NCBI GenBank assembly: GCA_002408465.1
Contig: DHSM01000008.1
Span: 3,187 to 67,186, forward strand
Source of the DNA: Firmicutes bacterium UBA5286
GTDB taxonomy: Bacteria; Bacillota; Proteinivoracia; UBA4975
Length of the DNA stretch: 64,000 nucleotides
Reading direction: 5' to 3'
Shown here piece after piece: positions 9,305 to 18,871 of this stretch; positions within the stretch are counted from its first letter, which is position 1; the number at the start of each line of letters is the position of its first letter. The translations under genes were made by a program, and so were the position numbers. The notes beneath the pieces are model-generated. The model made no database searches. It was not told the origin of the DNA and worked only from the letters and a program-made list of their open reading frames with translations.

Positions 9305-10075
9305 ATGAGAAAACGGTTTTTCGCTTATGCCATGCTCTATGTTCTCTTGGCAACAGTCGCCCTGAGCGGCTGCCAGATTAATCTCCCGCCCTGGAAAAAA
9401 CTTGCCGGCAGAGGTGAAATTATTACTCTGGAAAATTCCCTTTCGGGAGACAAATACTCTTTGGTCATTACTGACATTCAGTTTACCGCCTCTAATACCG
9501 GAGCCATTGAAATTGATGAAGATTTGTCGGACAAGTTTACCCTTTCCACCTATCAAAATATTGCCGATACCATCACTGTCACTGTTGATGACGAAGTCGG
9601 CACAATTCATCTCAAGGGAAACAAAAAATATCGCTATAGTACCGATGATTTTAAAATTCAGGTTGGTGTTCCCCTGGGAAGTGTGGAAATCGACGGCGGC
9701 TTCACCCTGGATCTGAAGCTGCCTTCCGTTACAGATTTTACTCTGAAAATCAACGGCGCCATTTCCGGTGATCTTGCCTTTGACCAGCTGGATACACTGA
9801 CAGTGCAAATTAACGGTGCGAGCAATATTGCCTTGACCGGTGATTGTGAGCAATGCACCGTTTCCATCAATGGCGCCTCGGATATTGATGCTGCAGATTT
9901 CCGCACCCAAGATTCCGCAATCACTATTAACGGTGCCGGAAGCTATACAGTAAATGCTACAGGAACCTTGGATGCTTATGTTAATGGCGTCGGGACCATC
10001 ACATATATTGGTGAACCGGAAAAGATAAACGACAGGATAGTGGGATTGGGCACTATTAAGCAGCAAGGGGAGTAA
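9305..10075 (+). CDS. Lipoprotein with GIN/DUF2807 beta-helix domain
   Basis: Lipobox LSGC; repeated xINGA/GVG units; ends GTITYIGEP. Confidence 0.75.
   Translation: MRKRFFAYAMLYVLLATVALSGCQINLPPWKKLAGRGEIITLENSLSGDKYSLVITDIQFTASNTGAIEIDEDLSDKFTLSTYQNIADTITVTVDDEVGTIHLKGNKKYRYSTDDFKIQVGVPLGSVEIDGGFTLDLKLPSVTDFTLKINGAISGDLAFDQLDTLTVQINGASNIALTGDCEQCTVSINGASDIDAADFRTQDSAITINGAGSYTVNATGTLDAYVNGVGTITYIGEPEKINDRIVGLGTIKQQGE
10051..10074 (+). repeat. 24-bp direct repeat, left copy (last codons of the DUF2807 gene)
   Basis: CACTATTAAGCAGCAAGGGGAGTA, identical to 11952-11975. Confidence 0.9.
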
Positions 10076-10121
10076 CCAAAGTAAGCTAGGTTAACTTAAC
10101 ATTCTTCAAGTCTGCGTTGGC

Positions 10122-10156
10122 AAAAAGGCTGCTGGTATTATCACCGGCGGCTTTTT
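10122..10156 (+). terminator. Intrinsic terminator
   Basis: AAAAAGGCTGCTGGT-loop-ACCGGCGGCTTTTT hairpin with U-tract. Confidence 0.65.
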
Positions 10157-10411
10157 GTGTACCTCGGGGGCACGTAAAATCCGACTTTTACAGTTTAAGA
10201 ATAGTACCCAAAGCTATAAAAAACCGACTTGCCATCCTTGGGTGTATTCTCTACCGATAACTCCTCGATTTCAATGATTGCGCCACTTTAATTCTCAAAG
10301 AAACCTTACGAAAGTAGTTACGAAAATAATCATGCACAAAAAAAGAGGAGTTTACCTATCTATACTGAATATGGTAGTTGATTTCAAAAAAAGTAGGAGG
10401 AGGTATGTTAT

Positions 10412-11251
10412 TTGAAGAAGGTCGCGATTTTTCTGGTCTTATTGCTCGTTGTGAATGCATTGCCTATCCGCGCCTTTGCTCATGATTCAAATGACGGAAT
10501 CGTTTCGAGAGAAGAGGTCAGGCCTGGAATAATAATCGAGAAGGGTACTCATTTAGGAAGTGAATTTGAGAGCACCAGGGAAGGATCACAAGTTACCATT
10601 AGGGTTAAGACAGGGAATAATGTTGAAGTTATTGAGTATGATGAGGTAAGTCCATTTTTCTCGGTGACAACAAACGGACAAAAGGTTACTTATGACCGCC
10701 GAGATTTTTACGTAAAAGGTACAGAAAAAACCATTCAAAACGATGTGTTAGATTACACTATTAATGCGACTGATCCGTATTACGGCGCCCCTTACTATAA
10801 TGTACTGAATGGACAGAAGACAATAACATATCCGTTTCCAGTTACCGCCAGAGCCTATGAATCGTATACATTTTATTCAATCAGTTATGTATCGCTTGAG
10901 GCTCGAGCTTGGGCAACTGTCAGCTTCGTTGTTGCGTTGTTCGCTCTTCCCTGGAATACGGTAATTGCGGCACTTTCTGGTATCATTACAGTGGTTCAGG
11001 GGATTCTTTGCATAAATACAGCAGTAAACGGTAGTAAGAATCACACGAGACAACGTTGGGACAAGTATGCAATAATCTTACAAGACAATAATAGGGTTTG
11101 GGATGAGGAATGGAAGGAAGTGGATTCTTTAGTAACTCGGATAAACGGCATCGACTACGGCCCAGAAATCCTTGAGACCTGGTATACAACCCACTATTTA
11201 GATATCCTTGATTATGCTATAAATTGTTACTTAAATAAGGTACCTTGGTAA
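10412..11251 (+). CDS. Secreted hypothetical protein with internal hydrophobic hairpin (possible bacteriocin-like)
   Basis: Sec signal ending AFA, strong AGGAGG RBS, hydrophobic segment AWATVSFVVALFALPWNTVIAALSGIITVVQGILC. Confidence 0.7.
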   Translation: MKKVAIFLVLLLVVNALPIRAFAHDSNDGIVSREEVRPGIIIEKGTHLGSEFESTREGSQVTIRVKTGNNVEVIEYDEVSPFFSVTTNGQKVTYDRRDFYVKGTEKTIQNDVLDYTINATDPYYGAPYYNVLNGQKTITYPFPVTARAYESYTFYSISYVSLEARAWATVSFVVALFALPWNTVIAALSGIITVVQGILCINTAVNGSKNHTRQRWDKYAIILQDNNRVWDEEWKEVDSLVTRINGIDYGPEILETWYTTHYLDILDYAINCYLNKVPW

Positions 11252-11293
11252 TCAATAGTTTCATTTTTTGTAACACTTAAAGGTGGTAGAGTA

Positions 11294-11941
11294 ATGTTAC
11301 CTAACATTATAGCGGTCGTCTTATTTATTGCTCCATTTTTTCTCTTCACCGGCGACAGGAAACAATACCGAATGGTGCCCTGGTTCTTTGCCATGTTGCT
11401 TATGCGGACGCAACCAATTCTCCGATCTCTTTCAGACTATGTGTTCCAATTTTTCTGGTTCGCCCTTTTGGTGGGGGCGGTAGTAGAAACAAAAAAGAAA
11501 CCAGTGCTTTGGTTTTATTGTTCTTCCCTACCCGTAGTCGCAGGGGCATTATGGTACTACCATGCTGGCTATGCCGGGGCCATCAATCCTCAATGGCCCC
11601 TGGTGATTTCCGCAGTACTACAGCTAATAGCAATGTACTTTATTAACCCTAAAAAAACCGGGTGGAAGATTGTTGCCAATGTCACCCTGGTGGCAATTAT
11701 TTTCGTTATCATGACCGCCGGCTTGCCCAAGTACACCTATGAAGCCGCTAAGACGAAAATATCTGGCGAAATAAGCGGTGATCTCATTCAGTCGGAGCAA
11801 AGAGAAACAATTTACTCCATACCCCCGATATCCCCCTGTGTGGATCACCTATATGTCTTTCGATTCGAAGAAGCAGGTGTAATTTCTACATTCACCTTTA
11901 ATCCCGTTACAGGGGAAAGGGATAGATGGGATACTAATTAA
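11294..11941 (+). CDS. Multi-pass membrane protein with soluble C-terminal domain
   Basis: About six hydrophobic segments; C-terminus with PepSY-like FTFNPVTGE. Confidence 0.7.
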   Translation: MLPNIIAVVLFIAPFFLFTGDRKQYRMVPWFFAMLLMRTQPILRSLSDYVFQFFWFALLVGAVVETKKKPVLWFYCSSLPVVAGALWYYHAGYAGAINPQWPLVISAVLQLIAMYFINPKKTGWKIVANVTLVAIIFVIMTAGLPKYTYEAAKTKISGEISGDLIQSEQRETIYSIPPISPCVDHLYVFRFEEAGVISTFTFNPVTGERDRWDTN

Positions 11942-11951
11942 CCGAACAATC

Positions 11952-11975
11952 CACTATTAAGCAGCAAGGGGAGTA
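11952..11975 (+). repeat. 24-bp direct repeat, right copy
   Basis: Identical to 10051-10074. Confidence 0.9.
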
Positions 11976-12162
11976 GTGGAACCTAGACAGATGAAATAGA
12001 CAAGACTATTTTGCTGGAATCCGTAAATATCGGGTTCCAGCTTTACTTTCGATTCCTTAAGGTTCTTGGATTCGTCTACTAGACATAATGCTATATTACG
12101 AGAGAACATCGCCATAATCCTTTTGGGGGCAAGCCCATTTTTGTTTGGGAGGTGTTCATTAG

Positions 12163-12732
12163 TTGAAGACTTCTTCAGTTGTTTTGGCCATCCTGCTATC
12201 TTTACTGGTTTTCATCAGCTGTTCCCCGCGGGATGTGAAGTTCCCGGAATTTGCAGCCCAGGAAGATGCCAGCTTAGTACCGAGTGATCTGGATCAATCC
12301 CTAGAAATGTGCCAACAACTTCTGCGTGACTATTATCTATCTAGGGCCAACCCAGGATTGATAGATTTTGAGTGCTATATAGTTGACAAGAACTTGCTGA
12401 AGTACTCCAGAGCAAAAATAGTGAAAGAGGCCCAAAATCTTGAGATTACTGACATAGACATTTCTCTGGCAGGTGCTTATCTTGAAACGGACGGATATTT
12501 AATTTCGCTAGCGGCCCAAGTTAAGCTATCCGGAGATAGTGAATTCGGGGAAGTAACACATTTTCTTGTTAAGAATGTCCAAGGCAGATTGGTGGTAGCA
12601 GATTGGTTTACGGAGCATGGTACAGTGAGTTTCTTTGATTCGCAGCATCGTGGATACTATGGAGTAACGAATCCTCCAATCTGGGAGAATCCGGAAATGG
12701 TTCAGAAACTCCTTGATGGGATTAATCGGTAA
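12163..12732 (+). CDS. Hypothetical lipoprotein
   Basis: GGAGGTG RBS, signal peptide with FISC lipobox-like motif. Confidence 0.65.
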   Translation: MKTSSVVLAILLSLLVFISCSPRDVKFPEFAAQEDASLVPSDLDQSLEMCQQLLRDYYLSRANPGLIDFECYIVDKNLLKYSRAKIVKEAQNLEITDIDISLAGAYLETDGYLISLAAQVKLSGDSEFGEVTHFLVKNVQGRLVVADWFTEHGTVSFFDSQHRGYYGVTNPPIWENPEMVQKLLDGINR

Positions 12733-12805
12733 GCAATATACATGTGGTAAAGGGGCTGTCACATTAACGGCCCCATAAACTACACAAAAGACGGAAACTG
12801 TTGTA

Positions 12806-12850
12806 TGATATGCTCCCCTTTGGGTGGATACCTGAAATAACCAAATTCAG
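12806..12850 (+). mobile_element. Possible IS3-family terminal inverted repeat remnant
   Basis: TGATATGCTCCCC...GGTGGATAC resembles Firmicute IS3/IS150-group ends; no transposase nearby. Confidence 0.35.
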
Positions 12851-13089
12851 GATTATGCAGGTGTTCCCCGGGCTCCATCAACCTCAAGTTTCAATGCCGG
12901 TTGTTAAACTTCCCCTTAGTCAAGGGTAGTGGATGTGCTTTCAGGTTGCCAAGAATAATAGAAGGATTACGTAATGGAAAATCGAAGAAAAGTAGCCGGC
13001 ACAAGAAAAGTTGCCGGCATTCTTCTTTTGTCTAAGTTCGGGGGCAGATATGGTATAATTATGGGCAGGATTTACGAGGAGGTGAGACT

Positions 13090-15711
13090 ATGGAGGTCAT
13101 TGTCAGCCATGAGGGCACAGATCTTGACGGACTGGCCGCCATGGTCGCTTGCGCAAAATTACATCCCCAAGCTGTCATGGTCCTTGTTGGCGGTCAAAGT
13201 TCGGGGGTTCGCCGCTTTATTACAGAGCATAAAGGCTATTTGCCCCTCTATCAGGCTGGGCAACTGAAACTGGATAATATCTCCACTTTATACATAGTTG
13301 ACGCTCAGGAGCCACAGCAATTGGGGGAGCTGGCCTGGCTCTGCGACAAGGCTGACACCGTAGTCACCTATGATCATCACCCCCCCTATGACCAGGCCGG
13401 TCCAGGCATACGCCAGCAGGTTGGGGCAGTGACCACCTTTCTCGTTGAACAGCTGAGAGACAAACAACTGCCGGTTTCGCCTTTTGAGGCTACCTTGTTT
13501 TTGTTGGGAATTTATGAAGACACTCATTGCTTAACCAATCTATCCACTACCCCCAGGGATATGTTGGCTGCGGCCTGGCTGCTGGAGCAGGGAGGGCGAT
13601 TATCTCAGGTCAGCGATTACATTAATATCCGCCTTGCCCCCCAGCAGCGTGACCTTCTGGAGGCCTTGCTTGGGGAGGCCCGCATTGAGGCAGTCAATGA
13701 GCGCAGTGTCTTAATAATGGCCGCCAGCCTGGAACAGTTTGTCAGCGGCTTAGGAGTGCTCACCCTGCATCTGCTTGAGTTGGAGGACTGTGATTTGGCC
13801 CTCAGCATTGTTAAAATGGAAAACCAGGTGCACCTAATCGCTCGCAGCCGGCGGTCTGACCTTAACCTCCTGGATTTGTTTGCACCTTTAGAGGTCAGGG
13901 GGCATAGGGGGGCCGTCACTATGACATTCAAAAATCTCAGCCCTGCCGCCTTGTATGCCAGGGTTATGGAGCTTTTGCGGCAAAGGCTGCCCAAGGGTCA
14001 GGTGGCTGGCGATATAATGTCTGCACCGGTCAAGACAGTTTTTGAGGAGGCTCCCATTGCCGAAGCCCACCGCCTGTTGTTGCGTTACGGCCATACGGGG
14101 TTTCCTGTGGTCAACCAGCTTCAGGCGGTAATTGGCATTGTTTCCCGCCGGGATATAGAAAAGGCCATGCGCCATAACCTGGGGCAAGCCCCAGTGCGGA
14201 ACTATATGACCCGCAATGTCGTTACGGCGGATGTGCTCGCGTCCCTAGGTGAAGTAACTAGAATCATCGTCCAAAATAATATCGGCCGAGTGCCGGTCCT
14301 GGACCGGGGAAGACTCGTGGGCATCATCACCCGCTCAGATTTGTTAAAACAGATTTACGGCGCCGGCGTGGCCTCTTCGCACAAATCCCTGTTCAGTTCC
14401 GGTGATTACCGGCTGGCTAAACCCGCTGCCAATCTCACCGATCTGATCAACAGCCGGCTTCCCCAGCGGATACAAGGCATATTGATGCTGCTGGGGCAGA
14501 TTGCCCAGCAAGATGGGTTTATGGTCTATGCAGTGGGCGGTTTTGTTCGTGATTTGCTGCTGGGGCTACCGAATTTCGATTTGGATATAGCAGTGGAAGA
14601 CAATGCCATAAAATTTGCCCGCAAACTTGCGGCAGCCACGGGAGGCAAACTGGTCGCCCATGAGGAGATGGGAACAGCCACTTTAACTCTTACTGATGGG
14701 TTCCAGATTGACTTTGCCACCGCCAGAACAGAATTTTACCAATTCCCTGCAGCCACGCCGGAGGTGGAGCAAACCACCATTAAACATGATTTGTACCGCC
14801 GGGATTTTACCATCAATACTCTCGCCTTTGCCCTTAACAGCAGCAGATTCGGTGAGTTCCTTGACTTTTTTAGCGGCTATAAGGATCTTCAGGCTGGGCT
14901 GATCAGGGTGCTGTATAACCTGAGTTTTGTTGAGGACCCCACAAGGATATTAAGGGCAATCAGGTTTGCCTGCCGCTATGGTTTTCGCCTGGAAGAAGAC
15001 ACCAGGATATTGCTGGACAGGGCTTTGGCCGACGATATGTTGGCAAAGACGCCTGCAGCTCGGCTGGGCAGGGAGTTGCGCCAGATGTTTATGGAGCCCA
15101 ACGTGCCTGCTTTGCTTAAGATGGCCCGGGAGCTGGGGGTGTTGCCCAGGCTCATCCCCGGTCTGGAATGGAGCAGAGAACTGGAACGGCAGATTATCGC
15201 AGCTGCCCGCATCAGCCAGTGGAGTAAAGAACAGAGCATATTTCCCCAGGGCTGGCTTCTCTATCCCCTGCTTTTGCTCAAGGAAGCGCCAAGAGAGGCT
15301 TGGGCGGAATCCTTAGAGCAGCTTGGCCTCAGGGGCAGCAAGGAACAACAGCTGGTCTGTCAGGTGGCGGAAGAACTTGAACACTTGAGCCGTGCTTTGC
15401 AGAATGAGGATTTATCCCCAGGGGGCATATTTGATCTTCTCCAACCCCAGCCAACCTTGGCTTTGCTGGCTCTGCTAGCTGCCAATCCAGGAGAAGCAAG
15501 GCTTCGCTCCGCGGTTCTCCTCTACCTGGAAAAACTGGCGGATTTAGAAATAGCAATTGATGGCAACGATTTGCTCCGGTTAGGGGTTGAGGCCGGACCA
15601 AGAATAGGCAGGATTCTTAAAGCTGTCCACAGGGCAAAACTTGACGGCCGGGTGCAGACCCAAGAAGAAGAGCTGGCCCTGGCTGATCGCTTGCACAAGG
15701 AGGGGGAATAG
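13090..15711 (+). CDS. cca: tRNA nucleotidyltransferase (CCA/A-adding) with N-terminal DHH and CBS domains
   Basis: DLDG/YDHH DHH domain, paired CBS domains, VGGFVRD..DLDI, RRDFTIN, EDPTRILRAIRF. Confidence 0.9.
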   Translation: MEVIVSHEGTDLDGLAAMVACAKLHPQAVMVLVGGQSSGVRRFITEHKGYLPLYQAGQLKLDNISTLYIVDAQEPQQLGELAWLCDKADTVVTYDHHPPYDQAGPGIRQQVGAVTTFLVEQLRDKQLPVSPFEATLFLLGIYEDTHCLTNLSTTPRDMLAAAWLLEQGGRLSQVSDYINIRLAPQQRDLLEALLGEARIEAVNERSVLIMAASLEQFVSGLGVLTLHLLELEDCDLALSIVKMENQVHLIARSRRSDLNLLDLFAPLEVRGHRGAVTMTFKNLSPAALYARVMELLRQRLPKGQVAGDIMSAPVKTVFEEAPIAEAHRLLLRYGHTGFPVVNQLQAVIGIVSRRDIEKAMRHNLGQAPVRNYMTRNVVTADVLASLGEVTRIIVQNNIGRVPVLDRGRLVGIITRSDLLKQIYGAGVASSHKSLFSSGDYRLAKPAANLTDLINSRLPQRIQGILMLLGQIAQQDGFMVYAVGGFVRDLLLGLPNFDLDIAVEDNAIKFARKLAAATGGKLVAHEEMGTATLTLTDGFQIDFATARTEFYQFPAATPEVEQTTIKHDLYRRDFTINTLAFALNSSRFGEFLDFFSGYKDLQAGLIRVLYNLSFVEDPTRILRAIRFACRYGFRLEEDTRILLDRALADDMLAKTPAARLGRELRQMFMEPNVPALLKMARELGVLPRLIPGLEWSRELERQIIAAARISQWSKEQSIFPQGWLLYPLLLLKEAPREAWAESLEQLGLRGSKEQQLVCQVAEELEHLSRALQNEDLSPGGIFDLLQPQPTLALLALLAANPGEARLRSAVLLYLEKLADLEIAIDGNDLLRLGVEAGPRIGRILKAVHRAKLDGRVQTQEEELALADRLHKEGE

Positions 15712-15713
15712 CC

Positions 15714-16379
15714 ATGTCTTATTTGCAGACTTTTTTTCAGGATCTGTTTTATTGGTTGCCGGCCCTGATAATCGCCATGAGTTTTCATGAATATGCCCAT
15801 GGCAAGGTTGCGGATATGTTGGGGGATCCTACTCCCCGGTATGAAGGGCGGCTGACTTTGAATCCCTTAAAGCATGTGGACCCCATTGGCCTGTTGATGC
15901 TACTTATTGTCAAATTTGGCTGGGCAAAACCGGTACACGTCAATCCACTGTATTTCAAAGGCGACCGCAGGCGGGGCATGCTCCTGGTGGCATTGGCCGG
16001 CCCCGGCATGAATTTTATTCTGGCAGTGCTGGCCGGCACCGCCTGGGCCCTTAGTGTTGTTGCTTCCCTCAAGTGGGGAACGGCAGGGCATGCAATCCGG
16101 TTTTTTGAGTATTTGATGTTGTATAATGTGTACTTGGGCGTCTTCAACCTGCTGCCCATTCCGCCTTTGGACGGGTCCAAGATTCTGATGAATATACTGC
16201 CTTCCCGCTATGCCGGGTTCTTCTACAAAATTGAACAGTATGGCTTTCTGATATTAATTTTGGTGCTGATGACAGGTTTATACCGGTATTTTCTCACCCC
16301 TGTGGCCAATGGAATATTCACAGGCATCTTCGCGCTAGCAGGTTTGATTCTGCGCCTATTTCTGGGGGGTGCTGCATGA
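15714..16379 (+). CDS. Site-2 protease (M50) family protein
   Basis: HEYAH, AGPGMN, FNLLPIPPLDG. Confidence 0.93.
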   Translation: MSYLQTFFQDLFYWLPALIIAMSFHEYAHGKVADMLGDPTPRYEGRLTLNPLKHVDPIGLLMLLIVKFGWAKPVHVNPLYFKGDRRRGMLLVALAGPGMNFILAVLAGTAWALSVVASLKWGTAGHAIRFFEYLMLYNVYLGVFNLLPIPPLDGSKILMNILPSRYAGFFYKIEQYGFLILILVLMTGLYRYFLTPVANGIFTGIFALAGLILRLFLGGAA

Positions 16380-17122
16380 AATCTCAACAACTGTCCCAGG
16401 CTGGCTCCAGGCCCGTTGTCCAGGTCATCTTGCCGGTATTTGAAGGTCCCTTTGATTTGCTGATTTACCTGGTGGAACGGGACAAGCTAGATATTTACAG
16501 CATTGCTATTGCGGACATTACCAGCAGTTATTTGGAAAACTTAAGCCTGGTTGAATTCGACCCTGAGCTGGCCAGCGATTTTATCTATATGGCCGCCTAT
16601 TTGCTTGAACTGAAGTCCCGGTCGCTTCTGCCCCGGGTAGAGCGGGAGCAGCTGGCTGATGAACCTGATCCCCGCCAGGAACTAATCATGCGCCTAGTGG
16701 AATACAAGCGCTTTAAAGAACTGGCGGGGCAATTGGAGACGATGATCACCCTTGAAAACTATGACTATACTCGGCAGCCCACCCTGCCCCTAGAATCCGG
16801 CACCCGGACCCTGGCGCCTTTGTCCCTGGACAATTTGTTTTCCGCCTTTGCCCGTGCCCTGGAAAACAGCCGTGTTGAAGTCCGCAAACTGGCGGTTAAT
16901 GGTGTTCCCATTGAGGAAAAACTGGGGGATCTAAGAAAAAGACTGGCTGCAGGTTCTGCAGGCTTTGCTGAATTGACCCGGGGGCAGGGATTGCAGGAAA
17001 TTATCGTGACCTTTTTGGCGGTCTTGGAACTGGTGCGGCTGGGGGAAGCTGTAGTCTTTCAGGAGAAGGTATTTGCACCTATTATTATTGAATCAGCAGC
17101 AAAGGATGGTCGGGATGCATGA
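16376..17122 (+). CDS. scpA: Segregation and condensation protein A
   Basis: FEGPFDLL, LLELKSRSLLP, TFLAVLEL. Confidence 0.93.
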   Translation: MKSQQLSQAGSRPVVQVILPVFEGPFDLLIYLVERDKLDIYSIAIADITSSYLENLSLVEFDPELASDFIYMAAYLLELKSRSLLPRVEREQLADEPDPRQELIMRLVEYKRFKELAGQLETMITLENYDYTRQPTLPLESGTRTLAPLSLDNLFSAFARALENSRVEVRKLAVNGVPIEEKLGDLRKRLAAGSAGFAELTRGQGLQEIIVTFLAVLELVRLGEAVVFQEKVFAPIIIESAAKDGRDA

Positions 17123-17615
17123 TTATAATTCAATAGCCGCTTTGGAGGCGGTTTTGTTTGCCAGCGGCGATGCAGTTGCTCTGGACAAACTCTGCTGGGT
17201 TTTCGAGGTGACAGAGCTGCAGCTCAGTCAGTGGCTGGACCAGCTGGAAACAGATTTAGCCGGCAGGGGCATTCGCCTCATTCGCTCTGAAGGGGCAGTG
17301 CAGATGGCTGTTGACAGGAAATATAATGCTTATATAGAGCGCCTGACAGATGACCTCAGGCCCAGCCGCTTGTCCGCTCCTACCCTGGAAACTCTGGCCA
17401 TTATTGCCTACCGTCAGCCTGTAACGCGGCCCGAGATTGAAGATGTTCGCGGGGTCAAGGTGGAAAAGGCCCTGAACACCTTGTTAGCCTATGACATGAT
17501 TACTGAAGTTGGCAGGCGGGAGACCACCGGTCGGCCAATTCTATACGGCACCACTGAAGAATTCCTGCGCCATTTTGGCATCCGGGATTTGTCAGAGTTG
17601 CCCGAACTGAAATAA
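17115..17615 (+). CDS. scpB: Segregation and condensation protein B
   Basis: ALEAVLF, LETLAIIAYRQPVTRPEIEDVRGV, GRPILYGTT. Confidence 0.95.
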   Translation: MHDYNSIAALEAVLFASGDAVALDKLCWVFEVTELQLSQWLDQLETDLAGRGIRLIRSEGAVQMAVDRKYNAYIERLTDDLRPSRLSAPTLETLAIIAYRQPVTRPEIEDVRGVKVEKALNTLLAYDMITEVGRRETTGRPILYGTTEEFLRHFGIRDLSELPELK

Positions 17616-17634
17616 CAGCCTCAGGGCTGTTTTT
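17614..17634 (+). terminator. Intrinsic terminator after scpB
   Basis: AACAGCC-TCAG-GGCTGTTTTT. Confidence 0.65.
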
Positions 17635-17655
17635 AATTTTGCCCTCGGCGAACAG

Positions 17656-17684
17656 GCATTTCTGAATTCCTGTTGGACATACTA
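17656..17684 (+). promoter_or_regulatory. SigF-type promoter of ytfI-gerW
   Basis: GCATT-N14-GGACATACTA. Confidence 0.6.
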
Positions 17685-17702
17685 ATTTTGTGGTGAGGTC
17701 TG

Positions 17703-18413
17703 ATGCTGTATGGTTTCCTGACGGTGTTGGGGATTATTTTAATCTTATTTTTCCTGCCCGTTCGCTTGTGGCTGGATTACAGGCACAGAGGGAAGACTGA
17801 AGACAGTTTGCTGGTGCAGTTCAGCATGCTCGCGGGGCTGATTAACTACTCGGTGGAGGTGCCGGTAATCAGCACCTCTGACAGAGGCCTGGCCCTGGGA
17901 GCGAAAACCGCAAGCAAAAATAAACGCATAAAGCTTTCCATTCCCTCCCCGGATAAGTTTGGCCAGTACTGGCGGCAGTATAATGAGCTGCGGCGTTCCC
18001 TGAAAAGGATTATCCGGTCTTTCCGCAACAATCTCAGGGTCCGGACTTTCGTATGGCAGACAGAATTAGGCATGGCAGACAGCGACCGCCTGGCCATTCT
18101 CACCGGCAGTCTCTGGGCAGTAAAAGGCATGGTCTGTGCAGGTCTTCACTGCTTGTTTACTTTCTCCGCTCCGCCGGTAATCAGAGTTTTCCCCCGCTTC
18201 AACCGCAACTGTTTTCGCATGGCCTTTTCTTGCATATTGGAATTTCCCCTGGGCTATGCTATAATTACAGCCTTTTTAGTCGGATACCAGGCCATTAAAC
18301 TTAAACTGAAAAGAAGGGGTGAAAAAATTGACAGAACATCCAATTCAGGGTCTGATGAAGACAGCCATGGAAAGTATCAGGGAAATGGTAGATGTGAATA
18401 CAGTAATCGGTGA
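17703..18413 (+). CDS. ytfI: DUF2953 (YtfI-like) protein
   Basis: N-terminal TM, GMADSDRLAILTGSLWAVKG; upstream of gerW. Confidence 0.75.
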   Translation: MLYGFLTVLGIILILFFLPVRLWLDYRHRGKTEDSLLVQFSMLAGLINYSVEVPVISTSDRGLALGAKTASKNKRIKLSIPSPDKFGQYWRQYNELRRSLKRIIRSFRNNLRVRTFVWQTELGMADSDRLAILTGSLWAVKGMVCAGLHCLFTFSAPPVIRVFPRFNRNCFRMAFSCILEFPLGYAIITAFLVGYQAIKLKLKRRGEKIDRTSNSGSDEDSHGKYQGNGRCEYSNR

Positions 18414-18801
18414 TGCAGTGGAGGCCCCCGATGGCAGTGTTATTATTCCAGTGTCCCGGGTGGGTTTGGGTTTTGCCGCAGGGGGCAGCGAATTTGGCGT
18501 TCCCAAAGAGACTGACCTCCCCTTTGGGGGCGGCAGCGGCGCCGGAGTTTCTGTGCAGCCCGTTGGCTTCCTGGTGGTTGGCCAGGGAGCGGTGCGTCTG
18601 TTGCCCGTCAGCCAGGGGGCCATTTTTGACCGGTTGGTGGACCTAGTGCCCCAGCTGGTGGAAAAAATGCAGGAGACATTCAGCAATGGCAACGGCGCCC
18701 ATGACAGCCGGCAAAACTTGCTGAACAGGCAACAGCAGCTGGAAAGACAAGTAGCCGAACTCCAAAATCAAATAAAGCAAAGAACCAATCCCCCCTTATA
18801 A
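18328..18801 (+). CDS. gerW: Spore germination protein GerW (YtfJ)
   Basis: EHPIQGLMKTAME...VDVNTVIG, PFGGGSGAGVSVQPVGFLVV. Confidence 0.93.
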   Translation: MTEHPIQGLMKTAMESIREMVDVNTVIGDAVEAPDGSVIIPVSRVGLGFAAGGSEFGVPKETDLPFGGGSGAGVSVQPVGFLVVGQGAVRLLPVSQGAIFDRLVDLVPQLVEKMQETFSNGNGAHDSRQNLLNRQQQLERQVAELQNQIKQRTNPPL

Positions 18802-18823
18802 GGGGATTTTCTTTTGCCTGTCT

Positions 18824-18853
18824 TCATAATCCCTTTGCCTCGGTGAATATAAT
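18824..18853 (+). promoter_or_regulatory. SigE-type promoter of dacB-spmAB
   Basis: TCATAAT-N14-GAATATAAT; operon is SigE-dependent in Bacillus. Confidence 0.5.
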
Positions 18854-18871
18854 TACCCGGGGGAGGAAGAT

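Larger units (their letters stand above)
10075..11975. mobile_element. Small AT-rich islet bounded by 24-bp direct repeats
   Basis: Direct repeats at both ends, lower GC than the backbone, two orphan genes, no recombinase. Confidence 0.55.

Noticed and set aside
9215..10066. 283-aa minus-strand ORF
   Set aside because: Antisense shadow of the DUF2807 lipoprotein gene, with no motifs.
12078..12106. dif-like ACTAGACATAATGCTATATTACG
   Set aside because: The spacer is one base too long and the right arm is poorly matched.
11965..12130. AAGGGGAGTAG resembling the start of a yybP-ykoY Mn riboswitch
   Set aside because: The downstream conserved elements are not evident, and the motif is explained by the 24-bp direct repeat.
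18328..18413. 86-bp overlap between ytfI and gerW
   Set aside because: A simple C-terminal extension of ytfI into the next gene; no sign of a special mechanism.
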